Below, in pieces: positions 29,397 to 43,186 of a DNA stretch of 64,000 bases. A model generated the notes under the pieces. That model had not been told where the DNA came from. It searched no databases and was given only the letters and a program-made list of their open reading frames with translations. Origin of the DNA: Chrysomallon squamiferum (taxonomy: Eukaryota > Animalia > Mollusca); NCBI GenBank assembly GCA_012295275.1, contig CM022667.1, positions 11,718,001 through 11,782,000 on the forward strand. Direction: 5' to 3'. Position 1 is the first letter of the stretch. Every line of letters starts with the position of its first letter. The position numbers and the translations under genes were made by a program.

Positions 29397-30275
29397 TTTT
29401 AATTTTTAATTTTTATTTATGGCAATTTCTAGATAATAGAGACAAGGATACATCTAGGTGAATATAAAGATATGGTTACCCATCAAATGTGTAAAAAGGT
29501 GCATGAAAATGGATAGCCTGAAAACAATGATTAATATTCATTATTATTGTTGTGGTTGCTCTGCTTCTTCTCCTTCGTCTTAGTAGTAGTTGTAGTAGTA
29601 GTAGTAATTGTAGTAGAAGAAGTAACTGGAAGAAGTGAATTGTCTGCTAAAACTGTACAGCAGTTTTATTTCTGTGGACATAATGAAAAGATTTCTGTTC
29701 TATCAGTTGTTTTATTTTACAAGGTTATACGGGTTATCTCCCTTAATTTTTTTCCATTATTCCATTCAGTAACTGAAACGAATTTTTTTCATTCATTTTA
29801 TTAAAATTCATTTCTTTTTTACGCTCTTTCTTTTCACTCATTTTAATACATCATATTAGGATTTATTAGTTTGTTTATTTGTTCTGTGTTTACACCATTT
29901 CACATTTTGCATTCAGTTTATCGTCCATTTTCTTTTATAATTTTGTTTTTCTGTTGGTGATTTCTGCTTTGTTGATAGTTGAGTGTCTTCGGTTTCTTCC
30001 GTCAATTTTTTTTATTTATTTGATATTTTTTTATTCTTTTTTTTTTTTTTTTATTTAATTTTTTACAGACAAGTTATCACAGTTTTAGTACCCCTCATTT
30101 TTAAATTGTACCTCAGTCATTAATCAGGATAGCGTGCGTTTGGAGGATGGTAAATATTTGACACAAATATTTCTTTGTATTTGTTAAGATTTTTATTACA
30201 CATATAATGTATTTTTACAAAAACACAACTATACGCACGCAGACGTACATATATCTATAATAAATACTAACAATA

Positions 30276-30311
<36 letters not shown>

Positions 30312-30536
30312 TGTGATCACAGAAATATTTATGCGTATGCACATATCCTTATAACGAACGTATTTGATCTATACAAGTCTTACTTGTGTGTGACTAAAAT
30401 ACGATGAAACGCGTGAACCCCTGATTTTTGTTCTTGAAGCAGCCCTGAAATAATATTATGCTTCATGAATGAATTTAAATAAACAAATCTGTTTCCGTTC
30501 CTTTTTACGGGATCGAATTTAAAAGTCTCCCTCGTG

Positions 30537-30620
30537 TCAGCTGTCAAACGAGTCTCTGTAAGGACAAGGGTCAGTGGAACGTTGTTCGAAAAAATCAACC
30601 ACAATCGGATCAGATGCAAT
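30537..30620 (-). CDS. PX-domain-only protein, terminal exon
   Basis: tttccag| acceptor, phase 0; IASDPIVVDFFEQRSTDPCPYRDSFDS*; 'V.xFF' closes the PX fold; total 147 aa. Confidence 0.82.
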   Translation of the reverse strand: MASDPIVVDFFEQRSTDPCPYRDSFDS

Positions 30621-31199
30621 CTGGAAACAGAATTTTACAAATGTTGACGACGACGACGTCAACAACATAACAACAACGACGACAACAACAACATAATAAT
30701 AATAATAATAATAATGAAAGAAATAACGACGAACAATCAACATGGTAACGAACTCTTTAGTGTCATAGATTAAAATAATGTAGGTGTCACTTCCCGATTG
30801 GCTGAAACTTGATCGTCTGTTTTCTCATTTAACCGGACATTTTTGCGAATTTGTAGTTTTAGAACTTTGTCATAGAGCTTTGTTTCCAAGATACGTTTTC
30901 TTTGTTGTTTTACTTTAAAATTTCGTATCTATGAGCGTTTTCAACAATTTTCAAGATTCTTCTGTATTTATATAGCAATAATAATCTTTGGACTGAAACA
31001 CGTTTTAATCGCTGAGCAAAGTGTGGCTTTTTTACATTTCCCACATCAGTTCGTTTTACTGGCGTCTGAATTTTTCATATACTGGTACCTGATGTATGTG
31101 TTTGATGTTGAAATACCGGTCTGTGTGCAAGCGTGTGTGTGTGTGTGTGTGTATGTATATGTATATATATATATATATTTATTTATTTATTTATTTATT

Positions 31200-31860
<661 letters not shown>

Positions 31861-31926
31861 ATGCTAAACAGTTTTAAATGGTTTTAAAACATGCATTTTT
31901 AAACTATTCATTTCTGTTTAACATAC

Positions 31927-32024
31927 CTGAGGATGTATGCGTAACAAATCTCCAACGAATTTATGCAGTTCAAGTTCTCTTGTTTCTGCTAACCCGCGAC
32001 TGTATCTTCTAAACCATTTCCTTC
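31927..32024 (-). CDS. PX-domain-only protein, coding exon 2
   Basis: tttcgcag| acceptor and |gtatgt donor; 98 nt, phase 1 to 0; GRKWFRRYSRGLAETRELELHKFVGDLLRIHPQ, like p47phox 'KWF...AE.R...L..Y...L'. Not in the ORF track. Confidence 0.85.
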
Positions 32025-32645
32025 CTGCGAAAATTATGAAACTTACGAGACATTAAATAATCAATTAGTAAGGAAAATAAATTATTATTTAACAAAGAGA
32101 TAAAAATGTTCCAAAGGTAAAATGAATAAACAATTGAAATACATTGTACTTAATGTGTTATATAATTTAAAGAGCAACCTTTGATATTAATGATAATGAT
32201 AATAAAACAACAAGGCCTAAAGGTATGCACTGATCAGTTCTTTATTTAGTAATGACGTCATTTCGTACTTAGAAACGTTTTGTTCCGATTTTGTTTGAAA
32301 TTTCTTTTGTTTTCGTTCATTCTTTTTCTTCATTTTTTTTATTTTTTTTAATGAAAATAAAAGGAAAAAATAAAATACCTTATCGATACATGATGCTTTA
32401 ACATTAATATAATAATTTACTTTTCTTTAAAGTGTGTGTTGGGATAAATTAAATTTCTGTGCAAGAAGTTAGTGTTAAAAAAAAAACAGATTATATACAT
32501 CTTTAGAAATTGTCGTTTTGTTAAGTATAAACAAACAAACAAAATAATAACAGGAAGTATAAAAAATATATGTAAGTGTATGTGTATGTATATATACATA
32601 CATATATATGTGTGTGTGTGTGTATGTGTATGTATATATACATAC

Positions 32646-32688
<43 letters not shown>

Positions 32689-32859
32689 ACTGTTCTTTGC
32701 AACACAATGAAAAAAAAAGGTATTCACAAATCTATATTGTATGTCATTATGTGTCTGTGTGTCTGTGTGTGTGGTCCTATAACTGTTTATTTGGATTATA
32801 AGTAATATAAAATTCAGACATTTGTAAATACTTCTTTTATGTAAACACACATTTTTTAC

Positions 32860-33121
32860 CTTCGAGCTTCGGCAGGCGTTTCCACCCTAGCTCCGGGTTG
32901 ACGCTTTTCGTTTTCAGCTTGCTCGCTAAAAGCCTGTTGAGCCGGAGAAAGTCTTTGTACGTTCTCTTTACGTACGTCGTTCGCTTGTCGGACCAGAACA
33001 CTTCCACAACGAACACGTATTCAAGTCCGCGACGCGTTTTCACTTCTGCGAAGCCCGTCACAGCCGCGAAAGCCACGAACAGATTTTCACACGTCATGCA
33101 GTCGAGCACGTTCGAAGCCAT
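32860..33121 (-). CDS. PX-domain-only protein (PXDC1-like / p47phox-type PX), coding exon 1
   Basis: ATG at 33121; MASNVLDCMTCENLFVAFAAVTGF...YVFVVEVFWSDKRTTYVKRTYKDFLRLNRLL...LPKLE; PX 'V.WSD....Y..R.Y.DF..L' pattern; G|gtaaaa donor; 262 nt, phase 1. Confidence 0.88.
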
Positions 33122-33337
33122 TTGTAAGAAAAGAATAAAACTTTTAAAAACAGTGTTTGGCGACGCTCTCTATTCTTCTGGTTCTTCAAGCCATTTTTGT
33201 CGCAAGTTTCTGCAAAAATACAGCGGTTCTCTTCGTCTGTTCGTTCGTTTGAATCGACGCTCTCTGACGTAAACTAATCAACAGAATATGTGGCTCCGGA
33301 TCGTAAAGTTGATCTTTAACCGTGATTTGAGATAGCG

Positions 33338-33350
33338 AGGTCAAAGGTCA
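33338..33350. promoter_or_regulatory. Perfect DR1 nuclear-receptor element upstream of the PX gene
   Basis: AGGTCA-A-AGGTCA about 220 bp 5' of the ATG at 33121. Confidence 0.35.
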
Positions 33351-33591
33351 AATAATAATGTCTTGAAGATGAAATCAGCAGACTTGTTGCAGCCGATAAT
33401 TCCATTAAGCAGACGATAATATTTCTGTTCAACCGTGTGTAAAGAAATACAAGAAAAGCAAAAAAGAAAAGAAAGAAAGAAAAATAAATAAATAAAAGTA
33501 ACTGCGAGAAAGATAATACATTTTAAAGTTTAGATAATTCAATCTTGAAATTATTCAAAAGTAGGTGACCTAACTACATCTCTCTCTCTCA

Positions 33592-33662
<71 letters not shown>

Positions 33663-33796
33663 AAACCATCTCTGTTTTCTATCTGTCTGTTTGTCTCTCG
33701 GTCTGTCCTTCTTTGTATCAATCATCCATCTTTTTCTCTTTCAAACTTTTAATTTTGTCCAATTATTCTTTGGGTATGAAATAATACTAATACTAA

Positions 33797-33872
<76 letters not shown>

Positions 33873-34991
33873 TAAAAAAGAGAGATAAGAGATTAGAGAG
33901 AAAAAAAAAAAAAAGAAAAAAAAACCACTGATATTGTATGTATTTAATAAAAGTTTCAACGTTATGTAAAAAAAAAAAAAAAAAAAAAAAAGTGGAGTGG
34001 GGAAAAAAAAAGAAGAAAAGTAAACCTCACCTTCCGTGTCACGTGGCGCGTTGACACGTTGCTGCTTTGAAAAGAGGACGTCGTCTGTACAATGAACTTA
34101 ATGCACAGAGAGAGCTGTATTTGTTTACCTGTTATGTTAGACTCGCTTGTTCGGGTGGTGTCAAAACAGTTACATAATATTCACTGCGTTTGTGCGACTC
34201 TGCACTATTTGTTTATATTGAAACTGAACATTATCAGTTCTTCAAAATTATTCTTTTTATGGTCCTAACAACCAGTTAGAAGATGCAGCATGTTTATTGC
34301 TTGCTACTACTACTGCTACTACTACTACTACTACTACTACTGCGGCTGCTACTATTACTACTACTGCTACTGCTACTACTACTACTACTACTACTACTAT
34401 TAATAATAATAAGAAGAAGAAGAAGAAGAAGAACAACAACAACAACAACAACAGCAACAACAACAATAAAAATTATAATAATTTAGTTAATTTATTTTGT
34501 TTCTTTTTCAGTTTTGTTATTATCTATGTCATCTAGGTTCTTTGTCATTTAACTGTATTTATTTATTTTAATTTAATAATAAAATATTTGTCTAAAATCA
34601 TTAAAAAAAATTATTATTTTATTTTTGTTTAGTTTCAGTTTATTGTGGGGGTTTTTGTTTTTGTAAAATAAAGGAAAATAAGAAAGAAAAAAAAAAGAAA
34701 AACAGAAAGAAAAAATTAATAATAATAAATGTTGTTTTGTTTTTTTTTTATTATTTTTAAATAATTGAAAAGAGATATACTGAGAGATATCACCTGACTG
34801 AAAGTATTAATGCTGACATGACATGACTACCAGTCATGAGAAGGGAACTACCTGTTGAATATACACACACACATCATTTACTCATTACTTGAAATTTTAT
34901 ACTTTCTTGAGGAATAACTATGGCAAATTATAAATAATAATGTTTTCCTATGCTGCCATATCAAATGTTTTGTTTTGTTTTCTATAAATAA

Positions 34992-35091
<100 letters not shown>

Positions 35092-35987
35092 GTGGAAAGG
35101 AAGAGAGAGAAAGAACGAATGTGAGCATGCGTTTCTTGCATTAGCTTTCGTGTTTAAATACAGCGGAAAAGAAACACCTTTATTCAGCACTATAACGCTA
35201 AAAAAAGAGAGAGAACGGAATGAAATTTAATTAAATAAATCATTCTGAGAATTATCAACAGAACTATTAAAGAGATTTATTGGCGCGTTTGAGCGGCTTG
35301 CTTTCAGATAAAATAATAAACGTCACAGTTTGATTTAATCCTATTGCTGCTAAAATAGACAGAGATTTTATTAGTTTTTTTATTATTCGTTTCTTTCCGT
35401 TTTCTTTAATTCTTTTTTCTTTTTCTCCATGATTTTTCGACTGCTACAACTATTTCTGTTACTACTGCTACTACTACGCTACTATTGTGGATCTTGCTAC
35501 AACTACGACTACTGCTACTGCTACTTTCTTGTCCCATTCAGTTCCTCACAACTAGTTTATTAAGAGACGTATGTCGCATATTTCCCGATCAGTGTGTATA
35601 TTCAATATCCTTCACTCCTTAATAGAAACGGATTTTGCTTTTAAACAATACAAAATATCTAATAGCTATTTAGTATAGAATGAAGTTCTTTTCGCTTGAT
35701 TAACAATAAGTAATTAAATAAGATAAGAAAAGATAAGATAAAAAAAATTATGTTTTACCTCTAGGACCAAGACAGTCACATGAAAACTCTAGTAATTTTT
35801 ATATTACGTGACCACGTCAACGCCCCACCGATATAATTACGTTCATGCATTAATGTAATTTTATTACTGCTACATGTGTGATATCAATACTACTTACATA
35901 CGTGCCATATCAAATACTCAAAATAAACACAGAGATAGACCTACCCGTATATAGACAGAGGCAGAGAAATGAACAGATAACTGAGAA

Positions 35988-36084
<97 letters not shown>

Positions 36085-36364
36085 ATCAAAAGCGATATAC
36101 ACTCGTGCTATGAAGAAACCGTAGTTTTGTTACCTAATAATTTTGACATTACTAGTATTTTTTGTTTTTAGTCACTGTTTTATTTATTTGTAAACCAAAC
36201 TATTACTGTTAACAGTACGACCTTTGTTTACTAACAGTAGATATTGCAGAAATGTTAGTGATTGTATTAAAAGTAATTGCTTGAAGTATAAATAGCAGTA
36301 GCAGTGGCAGTACTGTAATAGCAATAGTAGTAGTATAACAGTAGCTTTAACAGAGGTAGTAGTA

Positions 36365-36397
<33 letters not shown>

Positions 36398-36399
36398 GG

Positions 36400-36432
<33 letters not shown>

Positions 36433-36866
36433 GGTGGTGGTGCTGGTGGTGGTTATGTAGGTAATAATAATAAGAAGAAAAAGTTGTGATAGTAGCAGTA
36501 GTATAATGTTAGTAGTAGTCACAATAACAGCAGCAGCAAGTTATTAATTTCTACATAAAAAATCAAATAAAAGTAATAATAATAATAATATTATTATTAT
36601 TATTTTGTGTGTTTGTTCTAACTGCTTTAAATAATATGATTTTTATTTCATTTTTTTATTATTATTTGTTTTATTTTTTTGTTTTTTAAATTTATACTAA
36701 TTGTTGTTACGAATTGATTTATAAGGCCGTTGTCAGTATTTGCGATACTGATAGTGCTGATCAAGATCAAACAGATTTGAATTTATTGATGTTTTTACGT
36801 CATAAGATAAAAAAAAATATCTACACTGGTAATAAATTCTATATTTTATTTCATTTACTACCTGAG

Positions 36867-36912
<46 letters not shown>

Positions 36913-37136
36913 CGTCTTTCGATTAAGGTCAACCTAACGCAAATCACAAAGACGATATAGTTAGTAGCATCTGTGCAGTTGGGGGGTGTGGCACGCACGG
37001 CGAATGGTCATTGGGCGCAGCTTAAACACACAACGACCTTGAAGTCGTGGCTTCGCGATCTTCGTAAACGAACGTTTTGTTTTGTTTTATTTTCATTTTC
37101 TCCGTTTCGTCCGAGGAGTGTTAATCTCAAAGCACG

Positions 37137-37198
37137 ATGGCCGCACGTCGACGTTTCAGCAGTTTCGATGATGATGGAGTGAAATCGTTATTGACAAG
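37137..37198 (+). CDS. PNP: Candidate distal alternative first coding exon (1a) of purine nucleoside phosphorylase
   Basis: cacgATGG start; MAARRRFSSFDDDGVKSLLT then AG|gtatgt; 62 nt, phase 2, which fits exon 2 (AG+C = Ser); lies in a CpG-rich segment with a GT-box (gggtgtggc) upstream. Confidence 0.55.
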
Positions 37199-38130
37199 GT
37201 ATGTGTGAGAGAGACAATAAAGGTTATTTTCTAGCCAATCCTATCCCGCGTAAAATTCGATAATTCTAGTCTTGTCGTATGCTGCTTGTCTGTTTTCAAT
37301 ACGGTATAAAAGGCCATTTTCAAACCGGCTTGTTCATGTTTTTCTTCTAGTAACGAAATGAAAATGACCACGATTTGTAAATAATATTTGTTCGAGGAGA
37401 ATGAAAAACAATAAATACATATATACAGTATTAAGTTTAATAAATAATTACGTTTTTATAGATTTTATTTATTATCTGACTCTGTTTATTTATTTCCTGA
37501 TTTATTTATTGATTTGTTGTTGCTTTTCGGTTGCTGATTTCTGAAAGACAGTAAGTTGAGTAGCATATTCTATTCAAAGAAATAGTTAATTAAACATATT
37601 TATGTACAATCATAGTTTATTAATAATATAGAAATACGATGTTCATAAATTATTAACAATTAAAATTTAGGTTTCCGGTGTTTCGTAAAATTCTGTGTTT
37701 ATTCAACAAAAAATAAATAAAATAAAATAAAAAAACAAACAATAAATACTACTACTACTAATAATAATTAGTTGTAGAAAAAAGCATATTAATACTTTTA
37801 AACATGTATTCAAGAAATATTGGGTATTGTGGGTAGGAGAAAGAAGACGATAAATTTAAAAAAAAAAAGACAAATAAATAAATATGCAAATCACACAGGT
37901 CACGTTAAATTACAAAGGCAGTCTCTGATGGAAGTGACTGCTGTCACGATTTTCCTTTCTTAGTATATGGGATGGGCCGGTCCACCGTTTTAGCCAAAGC
38001 TGATGTATTAGTTTCACTGGTAATATGCTTTCCTTGCTGTCCTTGGAAAGATACATACAAAAACTCCTTGGGACGATAAGAGGCAATACGTTTAATAATC
38101 TGATAAAATTAAATATACGGATACGGTATT

Positions 38131-38430
38131 GTTATGTACGACCCGCAAGATTTAATTTTCAAACTGTACCTGTGCGATATTATATAATATGTATGACCCG
38201 TAACTTCTAATCTTCAAAAATAATACAGTTACGGTAATAATAGGTATGACCCATAACTCCTGATCTTCAAAATAATATATGTACGGCATTGTATGTGTGA
38301 ACCATAACTTCTAATCTTCAAAATAATACAGGTAAGCTATTATAATATGTATGACCCATAACACAAAATCTTCAAAAATAATACCGGTATTATAATGTGT
38401 ATTATGACCCATAACTTCTACTCTTCAAAA
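38131..38430. repeat. About 53-bp minisatellite, 5-6 diverged units
   Basis: Core tatgacccataacttctaatcttcaaaa repeats with more variable linkers. Confidence 0.85.
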
Positions 38431-39381
38431 GGTGAGGGCGTATAAAATATTTCAGACAACAGTGGCGAGGGTGGTATTGTCCTTATATGACTTTCAGTAA
38501 AAAAAAAAAAAAGTAAATATATAAATCATTAATAATAATAATAATTAGTAAAGAAAGACATACAAATTGTAAAAAGGGCGCACATTTATTTCTCTATATA
38601 AGTGCAGATAAAGTTTTACTAAATTTTATTTTATTTTTTGCGTCACTTGCGTGAAGTGTGAAGAAAAGAATTTAAGGCTCTTCTGCTCGCTGTTATTGAT
38701 TAACAACGTCTCAATACACTGATGGACATAATAAGATCAGAATGATTTGTGTCTCAAACTCTTTGGCATTCCATCAATGAATAAATTAATTGTAAATATT
38801 GTTATATAAACCTGTGACGTCAGAAAAACACTAAGGCAGAATTAAAATGGCAGCGTTCGAAAATTGCTAAACCATTTTGAAATGACACTCACGCTATTAG
38901 TAGGGCCAGCCGCTTCCACCTTGGACATACGACCTATAAGTCCTTAGTTTTTCTGAACAAGACGGTATTTGTGTGTTAGACAATTATACAGAAGAAGATA
39001 GAGAGAACTGGTTTCATAGCCCAATTAGTGTCACCTACCCACAGTGGATCCCACGACCTGTTGTATACAGAAGTCTCACTTTAATGGTTAGAGCGAAGGG
39101 TTGATAATCTGAAAAGTTGGTTTATCCAAGACTTTAGTGGCTGTGGAAATTAAAAAAAAAAAAAAAAAAAAAAATGTAAAACCGGCTTTCTCTTCGTTGA
39201 ATTCGAGGCACGACCGGCAACGGATTAAAATAATTAATAACTGATAATTCGGTTTATCATAATAATAATTAAATAAAATAAAATAATAAATCCAACCTGG
39301 CTACAAAAAATTATGAGTGCCGATTAAGTCCGTTGTGTGACCTAGTTACGACATTATAACTGTTTTGTTGAAAAACAAGAC

Positions 39382-39442
39382 TCCCGCCAAACACCTGTTT
39401 TCATGCGTGATATCACAAACAGGAAGTATTTGTGCGCATGCG
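39382..39442. promoter_or_regulatory. Housekeeping-type promoter motif cluster (E2F, ETS, NRF1)
   Basis: TCCCGCCAA 39382-39390, ACAGGAAGT 39419-39427 and TGCGCATGCG 39433-39442 within 61 bp, at the edge of the CpG-poor domain. Confidence 0.45.
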
Positions 39443-40253
39443 AAATATGGTTTCTTGCTAAATTGATTAATAGTAATACATATTGTTTTTGTTAATTTGT
39501 ATTATTTATTAGTGTATAGAGAAAAGATGGTATTAATTAAAAACAATGTAACCAGAAATATAATATGAAATTTGTTTCTCGAGATTTTCTTGCCTTTAAA
39601 AATGATTCAACCAAGCCAGAACCAGTAAATTTTATATTTTAATTATGTATGAAACTAAGACAAAAGTTAATCATCTTAATGGTCATTTTACTGAGACAAA
39701 ATTGACGGTATTATATAATAATAAATAAATAAATAAATTTCAATTATAAAATTTATATTTATTTTATAATTTAAAAAAGAAAGGAAAAAGAAGGTATTAT
39801 TAGATGAGTACATAATTATTATAAATTTATTATAAATTTCTTTTTCAGTAATCAGCTGCAACTAGAACTTATAATATAGCTATCAGTTTCTTACTATCTT
39901 TTTTGTTTTTCTTATTTATTTTTATTTTTGCTTTCTTAAAACTAGCAGTTATTTGTTTTTATGTAGTAAAATTTCTCTCTTTTTTTTTTTTTTTTTTTTT
40001 TTTTTTGAAATATAAATTAATAAAATTCAGATTATAAATTTACATTTGTACTTATTTTAACTGTAAATATTTTTGATTATAAATAATTGAAATGTTCCTG
40101 GGAGTGATAAATTCAGTTCTGTTGAAAATGAGCAAAATGGCCACCACAATTTCCTGTTTAACAGTGACTATATTTAGCTTCAAGACAGTTCACAAAGTTT
40201 TCCTTTCTGTTGACTCCAACCCTAATTTATTCTGAATCATTGTGATAACATAG

Positions 40254-40338
<85 letters not shown>

Positions 40339-41059
40339 TTCTTTCTTCTTCACAAGCTAAATGATTGTTATTAATGTTATTATTTATTTATTTTTTTTTT
40401 TTTTTGGTATGACTAATGTGTTAAGAATATCCTATCTACATGTTGACTACATGTTAATTCCATTTTTTTTAATTGTTATTTGTGAAATTTATCTATATAT
40501 TTATTATTTTGCTGTTGCAGTTTTATTTTATTTTGTATTCAGTTCTTGGGGAATATGAAACTTTTAAAATTTATTTCTAAACTTTTTATTTTTAATTTTT
40601 TTTTAATTTAAAAATATAAATTTTTTGCTAAATCAGTTAAATTTTCTAATTTATCATGCTCTATTTTCAACAGTTATTTCAAAGGTGTTTGACCGGAGAA
40701 AAACAAGATACCCATTTTTCTTACACCTTCATCTTTTATTTAAGGTTTCCCAGAATTAGAAAAATGTTTCTAATCTGCTGACTGGTGGCAGAGAAAAATA
40801 AAACTTAAATGTTTTCCCTTCTACATTTTCTGTATTTGATTATGTGTAGTATTTGTAAGATTTCGACAATCAAGTTGCAAGACTTTTTCTCAGATGAAAG
40901 CAATAACCCTTGTTCCTATTTATGTATGGATGTTGGAGATATGTCCTTTTTGTACTAGATTAGAAAATAAACAAGTCATCATGAATGAATGCTAGTTTAA
41001 TTACAACTTGGAGCATTTAGGTATTAAAGGTTATAGGATGTCATTTGTACATTTTGTAT

Positions 41060-41260
41060 GAACTGGGGAAAGAAAACCTATAACAGTGTTACTGATTAGT
41101 AGCAGAAGATTTGCTATTCACTTTGTTCCCATGGATGGAAGCATGTATCAAGGATCAGATTTCTTTAGCACTGACTGGAATGAGTAACATTAATTAGTGG
41201 ACAGGAGGATTGATCCTCAGGCCCATTGTACCTCAGTTCTTGTAAACTAAACTACAACCT
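41060..41260 (-). mobile_element. Possible degraded tRNA-derived SINE remnant
   Basis: Segments gattagtagcag..., gcactgactggaa... and gattgatcct resemble my recollection of the reverse strand of a molluscan SINE; unverified. Confidence 0.25.
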
Positions 41261-41988
41261 AATCCAGCAAGTTTTAATTATATTTCCATATATCTCATTA
41301 ATTAGCTTTAATTAGAATGGTGATTTATGATTAATTTATTATTTATATCTGTCATAAGATTTTGATTTGATTATTTTTTAATTTAACAATTCAGTTTTTA
41401 AAATAAAAATCCATTATTATTAAAGAAAATTTAGTGTATGTGTATGTGTGTATTTATTTCTTTGCATTAAACTGCAGTTTAACAACTTCACAAGCAAATT
41501 ATTTCTCAATTTATTAATGGGGGAAAAAAAAGTTCATTCTACTTCTGTTCTAACAAAATTTCCTTATTATTGTTCACTTTCATAAGATACTTTTTAAACA
41601 TCTTTTTGTTGTTGTTGTTGTTGTTGTTAACTACTTTAATTAAAAATTGAAATCCTGCTTTTTCTACATCCAAATGGTACTCTCTTGATGTCAGCTCAGT
41701 GACATTCTGTTTTCAGTCTTTGTGAAAACGCATGTAAAACTATCTTGCAGCTAATGAGTAAATGTAACCACGCAGTTGTAACAGCAGGCCTTGGAACTTA
41801 GTAACTGTTAAAAATAAAAAAGGTTTATTATTGTTTCATGACAATGTTCTGCACTACTGCAAGTGGAATGTATATGGTGCTGTATGTGTAATCATTTCAT
41901 CATATTTTAAATTTTTATTATTTATTTTATTATTAGTAGTAGTAGTAGAATTACTTTTTTTAAATTTATTTATTATTTTAATTTTAAT

Positions 41989-42055
<67 letters not shown>

Positions 42056-42432
42056 TTAATTTTATTGTTTTTTTTTTTTTTTTTTTTGAGGGGGGAATAA
42101 CTGAGTATTTATTTATTTATCTTTCTTTAATTTTTCAATACTTTTTTCTCTCTTTTCCACCAAACCATGCACTAACAAAAAAGAAAAAGAAAAATAACCA
42201 TAAATATCCACCCACAAAATCCCATGCATTAATATTCATGAATTCACTTCACAAAGTTCAATGTCTATGAACCAATTAAAACAGGTTTACCATTTCTGCA
42301 TTCGTTGATGCAAAAACAGCTTAAATGAACAGTTTAAATGAACTGTGCAACACAGTGGGATATAGTAAAAAAAACAACAATTACATTTTTTTAGAATTAT
42401 ATATATTATTTTGAAATTTGCTAGTTTGCAAA

Positions 42433-42464
42433 ATGGCAGAGAGTGTATTGAAAGCAACGTCAAG
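42433..42464 (+). CDS. PNP: Purine nucleoside phosphorylase, proximal first coding exon (1b)
   Basis: caaaATGG start; MAESVLKATS then AG|gtagtt; 32 nt, phase 2, in frame with exon 2. Confidence 0.65.
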
Positions 42465-43017
42465 GTAGTTAATGAGTTTTATTAAAATTTATATATGGAG
42501 TTTTTAAAAACATGTTTTATTTTACTTGACTTAAGAAAAATAATGGTTTCTGTTTTATGATAAGTGAATGTATTTATTTAGTTATTTTATTATTTATTTT
42601 ATTAATTTTCTTTTCTTTATTTGTTTTTTTTAATTAATTTAAAAATATCTTCTAAAAATAATTATCTCTTCTTCCTATTTGTTTATTACTAATAATCATC
42701 AGTGTTATTATTATTTTTATTGTAACGATAATGATGATGATGATGACTATGATCATGAAGAATTTCATTTTGTTGTTGCTGTTACCAGTGCAATACTGTA
42801 AACATTAAAAAAAAAAATGTGTGTGTGTGTGCTTTCCTATCTATCGAAAACTATACCCTGATAAATCCTTGCAAATAATCCAGAGCAGAAAGAGATTTTT
42901 CTTTTACCTTCCCAAACATTGGAATGCAAGCTATTTGGTAACACATACTTAAATTTTAAATTTAATAATACTAATCATTAATAAAATTTATACTTACTTT
43001 ATGTGTTTTGTTGACAG

Positions 43018-43186
43018 CTACACCTATGAAGAGGTTGAAGGAATAGCCAACAATATCCTGAAGAGGTGAAATGTCGGCCACAGCTTGGAATTATCTGTGG
43101 GTCTGGATTGGGAAAACTTGTCAACTCAGTCACTGAACAGGAGGTTATAAAGTATAATGAGATCCAAGGTTTTCCTGTTAGCACTG
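43018..43186 (+). CDS. PNP: Purine nucleoside phosphorylase exon 2, with an apparent 1-nt deletion near 43065
   Basis: gacag| acceptor and G|gtaatt donor; SYTYEEVEGIANNILKR / VKCRPQLGIICGSGLGKL...IKYNEIQGFPVST; trimeric-PNP GSGLG motif; 169 nt where the intron phases require 170. Confidence 0.9.

Noticed and set aside
38131-38430. CRISPR-like repeat-spacer appearance
   Set aside because: Eukaryotic context, degenerate repeats, mutually related spacers and no cas genes.
43067-43069. Selenocysteine or stop-readthrough reading of the PNP exon 2 TGA
   Set aside because: Homology continues in a different frame, so readthrough would not restore the protein; a micro-intron from AG|gtgaaa to ccacag would be only 18 nt.
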